Source: a virus
Lineage: Duplodnaviria; Caudoviricetes
IMG/VR virus record: IMGVR_UViG_3300037246_000766
Span: 1-52,202 of that record
Strand: one strand, 5' to 3'
DNA length: 52,202 bases
The notes beneath the pieces were generated by a model. That model was not told where the DNA came from. It worked only from the letters and a program-made list of their open reading frames with translations, and made no database searches. The position numbers and the translations under genes are program-made. Numbering within the stretch: the first letter of the stretch is position 1; every line of letters begins with the position of its first letter. Positions 50,651 through 52,202 of this stretch are shown here, one piece after another.

Positions 50651-51864
50651 TGGCGCTCAAGAACACCACAGCGAACAGACCGAGAGATGCGAAGCTTGAG
50701 ATCAAGGGACTTCGTACGCAAGACGAAGACTTTGAGGTTGGCTTCGATGGAATGGTCCTCGCTAACAACGTCGACCTGACGCGCAAGAATAGCATCGAGC
50801 GCCGCCCTGGTCGCGTTGACACTTCGTACGTTCCTGCAGGAACGATACACAGTGCATGGGCTGACAAGCAGCTCTTTCTTTTTCAGGAGGGCACGTCGCT
50901 CAAACGCTTTCGCTCTGCGACTGACGTTGAGACGCTGCGCACCGGCTTAACGATAGGAGATAAGATCAGTGCCTACAGAATTGGAAACCAAGTCTACTGG
51001 AGCAACGGATTTGAAACTGGAGTCGTGGAGCCAAACGGTAACCTTCGTGATTTCGGAGTACCCGTCCCTTCCCGCTTGGAAGGTGCGCCAACTACAGGAA
51101 ACCTTGGAGAAGGCCGCTACTCGTATGTTTTCACAAATGTTGAGTCAGATGGCCGCGAGTCCGGAAGCCCTCTACCAAGAACCGTTGACGTTGGAGAAAA
51201 TGAAGGCTTTCTCTTCACATTCTCTGCGGGGCTCACGAAGCGCTTCTGGATCACTGAAGCTAACGGCGACACCCTATATCTCGCAGATGAAATTTTTGCA
51301 GGGGAGACGGGCTTCTCTTATCGTAATGGACGACCTCGTACAAGCATAGTGCTCGACCGTCAATTGATGTCCGCCCCGGAGGCATGGCACGAGATTGACT
51401 GGTTCCGCGCTAGTTTACTCTTCGCCCGAAATAACAACTTAGAGTGGACAAATGAGTTCGATTATGAACTCAGAGACCTCGCCAAAGGGTACATGCCCTT
51501 CGGGGAACGGATCCACATCATTGGTGGTCTCAGAGATGGGTTTTACATCGGGACGGAGACAAAGCATTATTGGCTGACCGGGAGCGACATGATGAACCTG
51601 TCCCTGACCGAAGCTGCAGATTACGGAGCGATCCCAGGCACGAAGGTCCATATCAACGGCTCAGTCGTTGGTACCGGCGAGGCCACTGAGAGGATCCCGG
51701 TATGGGCTACTCAGGCGGGCATCGTGATAGGGCTCCCAGGCGGAACCTTGAGAAACGTCCACGAGCGTGTGGTAGACTTCTCAGCCAATTCAGTGGATGG
51801 TACAGCGCTCTACAGACGAGCGAACAAGCAGAACCACTACATCGCAGTGGTAAACGGAGGCTAA
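50650..51864 (+). CDS. tail tubular/nozzle-like virion protein
   Basis: GL....E....A.NVDL......RRPG N-terminus; beta-propeller-like composition; position after the adaptor. Confidence 0.65.
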   Translation: MALKNTTANRPRDAKLEIKGLRTQDEDFEVGFDGMVLANNVDLTRKNSIERRPGRVDTSYVPAGTIHSAWADKQLFLFQEGTSLKRFRSATDVETLRTGLTIGDKISAYRIGNQVYWSNGFETGVVEPNGNLRDFGVPVPSRLEGAPTTGNLGEGRYSYVFTNVESDGRESGSPLPRTVDVGENEGFLFTFSAGLTKRFWITEANGDTLYLADEIFAGETGFSYRNGRPRTSIVLDRQLMSAPEAWHEIDWFRASLLFARNNNLEWTNEFDYELRDLAKGYMPFGERIHIIGGLRDGFYIGTETKHYWLTGSDMMNLSLTEAADYGAIPGTKVHINGSVVGTGEATERIPVWATQAGIVIGLPGGTLRNVHERVVDFSANSVDGTALYRRANKQNHYIAVVNGG

Positions 51865-51868
51865 GACA

Positions 51869-52202
51869 ATGGCACTAAGATTGACGGACGGACTGCGGAA
51901 TCACATCCTGCAGGTTAGCTCGGTGGAGGCTGCGCTTACTCTCGGGTTTCTCATGATCTACAGCGGGTCTCAACCCGCAAGCGCAAATGACGCCGCGACC
52001 GGAGTTCGTCTCGCGACGATTGCTGTCGACGGTGGTGCAATCGGACTTACGTTCGATGCGATTGTTGTAGCGGGTACGTTGCCCAAAGCTGCGGCAGAAG
52101 TGTGGAACGGGACAGCTGGTGCAACAGGCACGGCTGGCTGGTTCCGTTTTCATGAACTGGACACAAACAAAGCGACTACGGAAGCAAGTGCTGACGCAGG
52201 CG
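51869..52202 (+). CDS. virion structural protein (3' partial)
   Basis: MALRLTDGLRN...IYSGSQPASANDAATG...GTAGWFRF; GGAGG RBS; runs off the window end. Confidence 0.7.
   Translation, partial: MALRLTDGLRNHILQVSSVEAALTLGFLMIYSGSQPASANDAATGVRLATIAVDGGAIGLTFDAIVVAGTLPKAAAEVWNGTAGATGTAGWFRFHELDTNKATTEASADAG

Overview
The window is most of a tailed dsDNA bacteriophage genome (podovirus-like, Gram-negative host inferred from the spanins). It has three blocks. (1) + strand, 1-6745: the end of a T5 A1-like gene, then a lysis cassette (M15 peptidase endolysin, holin, separated i-/o-spanins) interrupted by a His/Met-repeat LamG-type virion protein and its short paralog, then an 892-aa putative virion protein. 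(2) - strand, 6826-39648: early and middle genes, including primase-helicase, family A DNA polymerase, SNF2 helicase, Cas4-like and VRR-NUC nucleases, nucleotide-metabolism genes (dCMP deaminase, HD hydrolase, DUF5664-like, Nmad5-like, gp88-like), RNA ligase, ClpP, a bL12-like protein and an array of Cys-motif paralogs. (3) + strand, 40423 to the end: terminase, portal, scaffold, N4-gp56-like capsid and head-tail genes. I found no integrase, tRNA, CRISPR array, reverse transcriptase or PurZ. Best leads: a possible copper/silver-binding HHG...MxM repeat virion protein; CsrA/RsmA-type GGA hairpins, including a four-way alternative-pairing RNA switch in front of the bL12-like gene; a six-gene Cys-motif array preceded by a nested, ncRNA-like leader; and a nucleotide-modification-like gene set with no recognisable modifying enzyme. 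All family assignments come from recognising motifs by eye and need HMM or structure confirmation.
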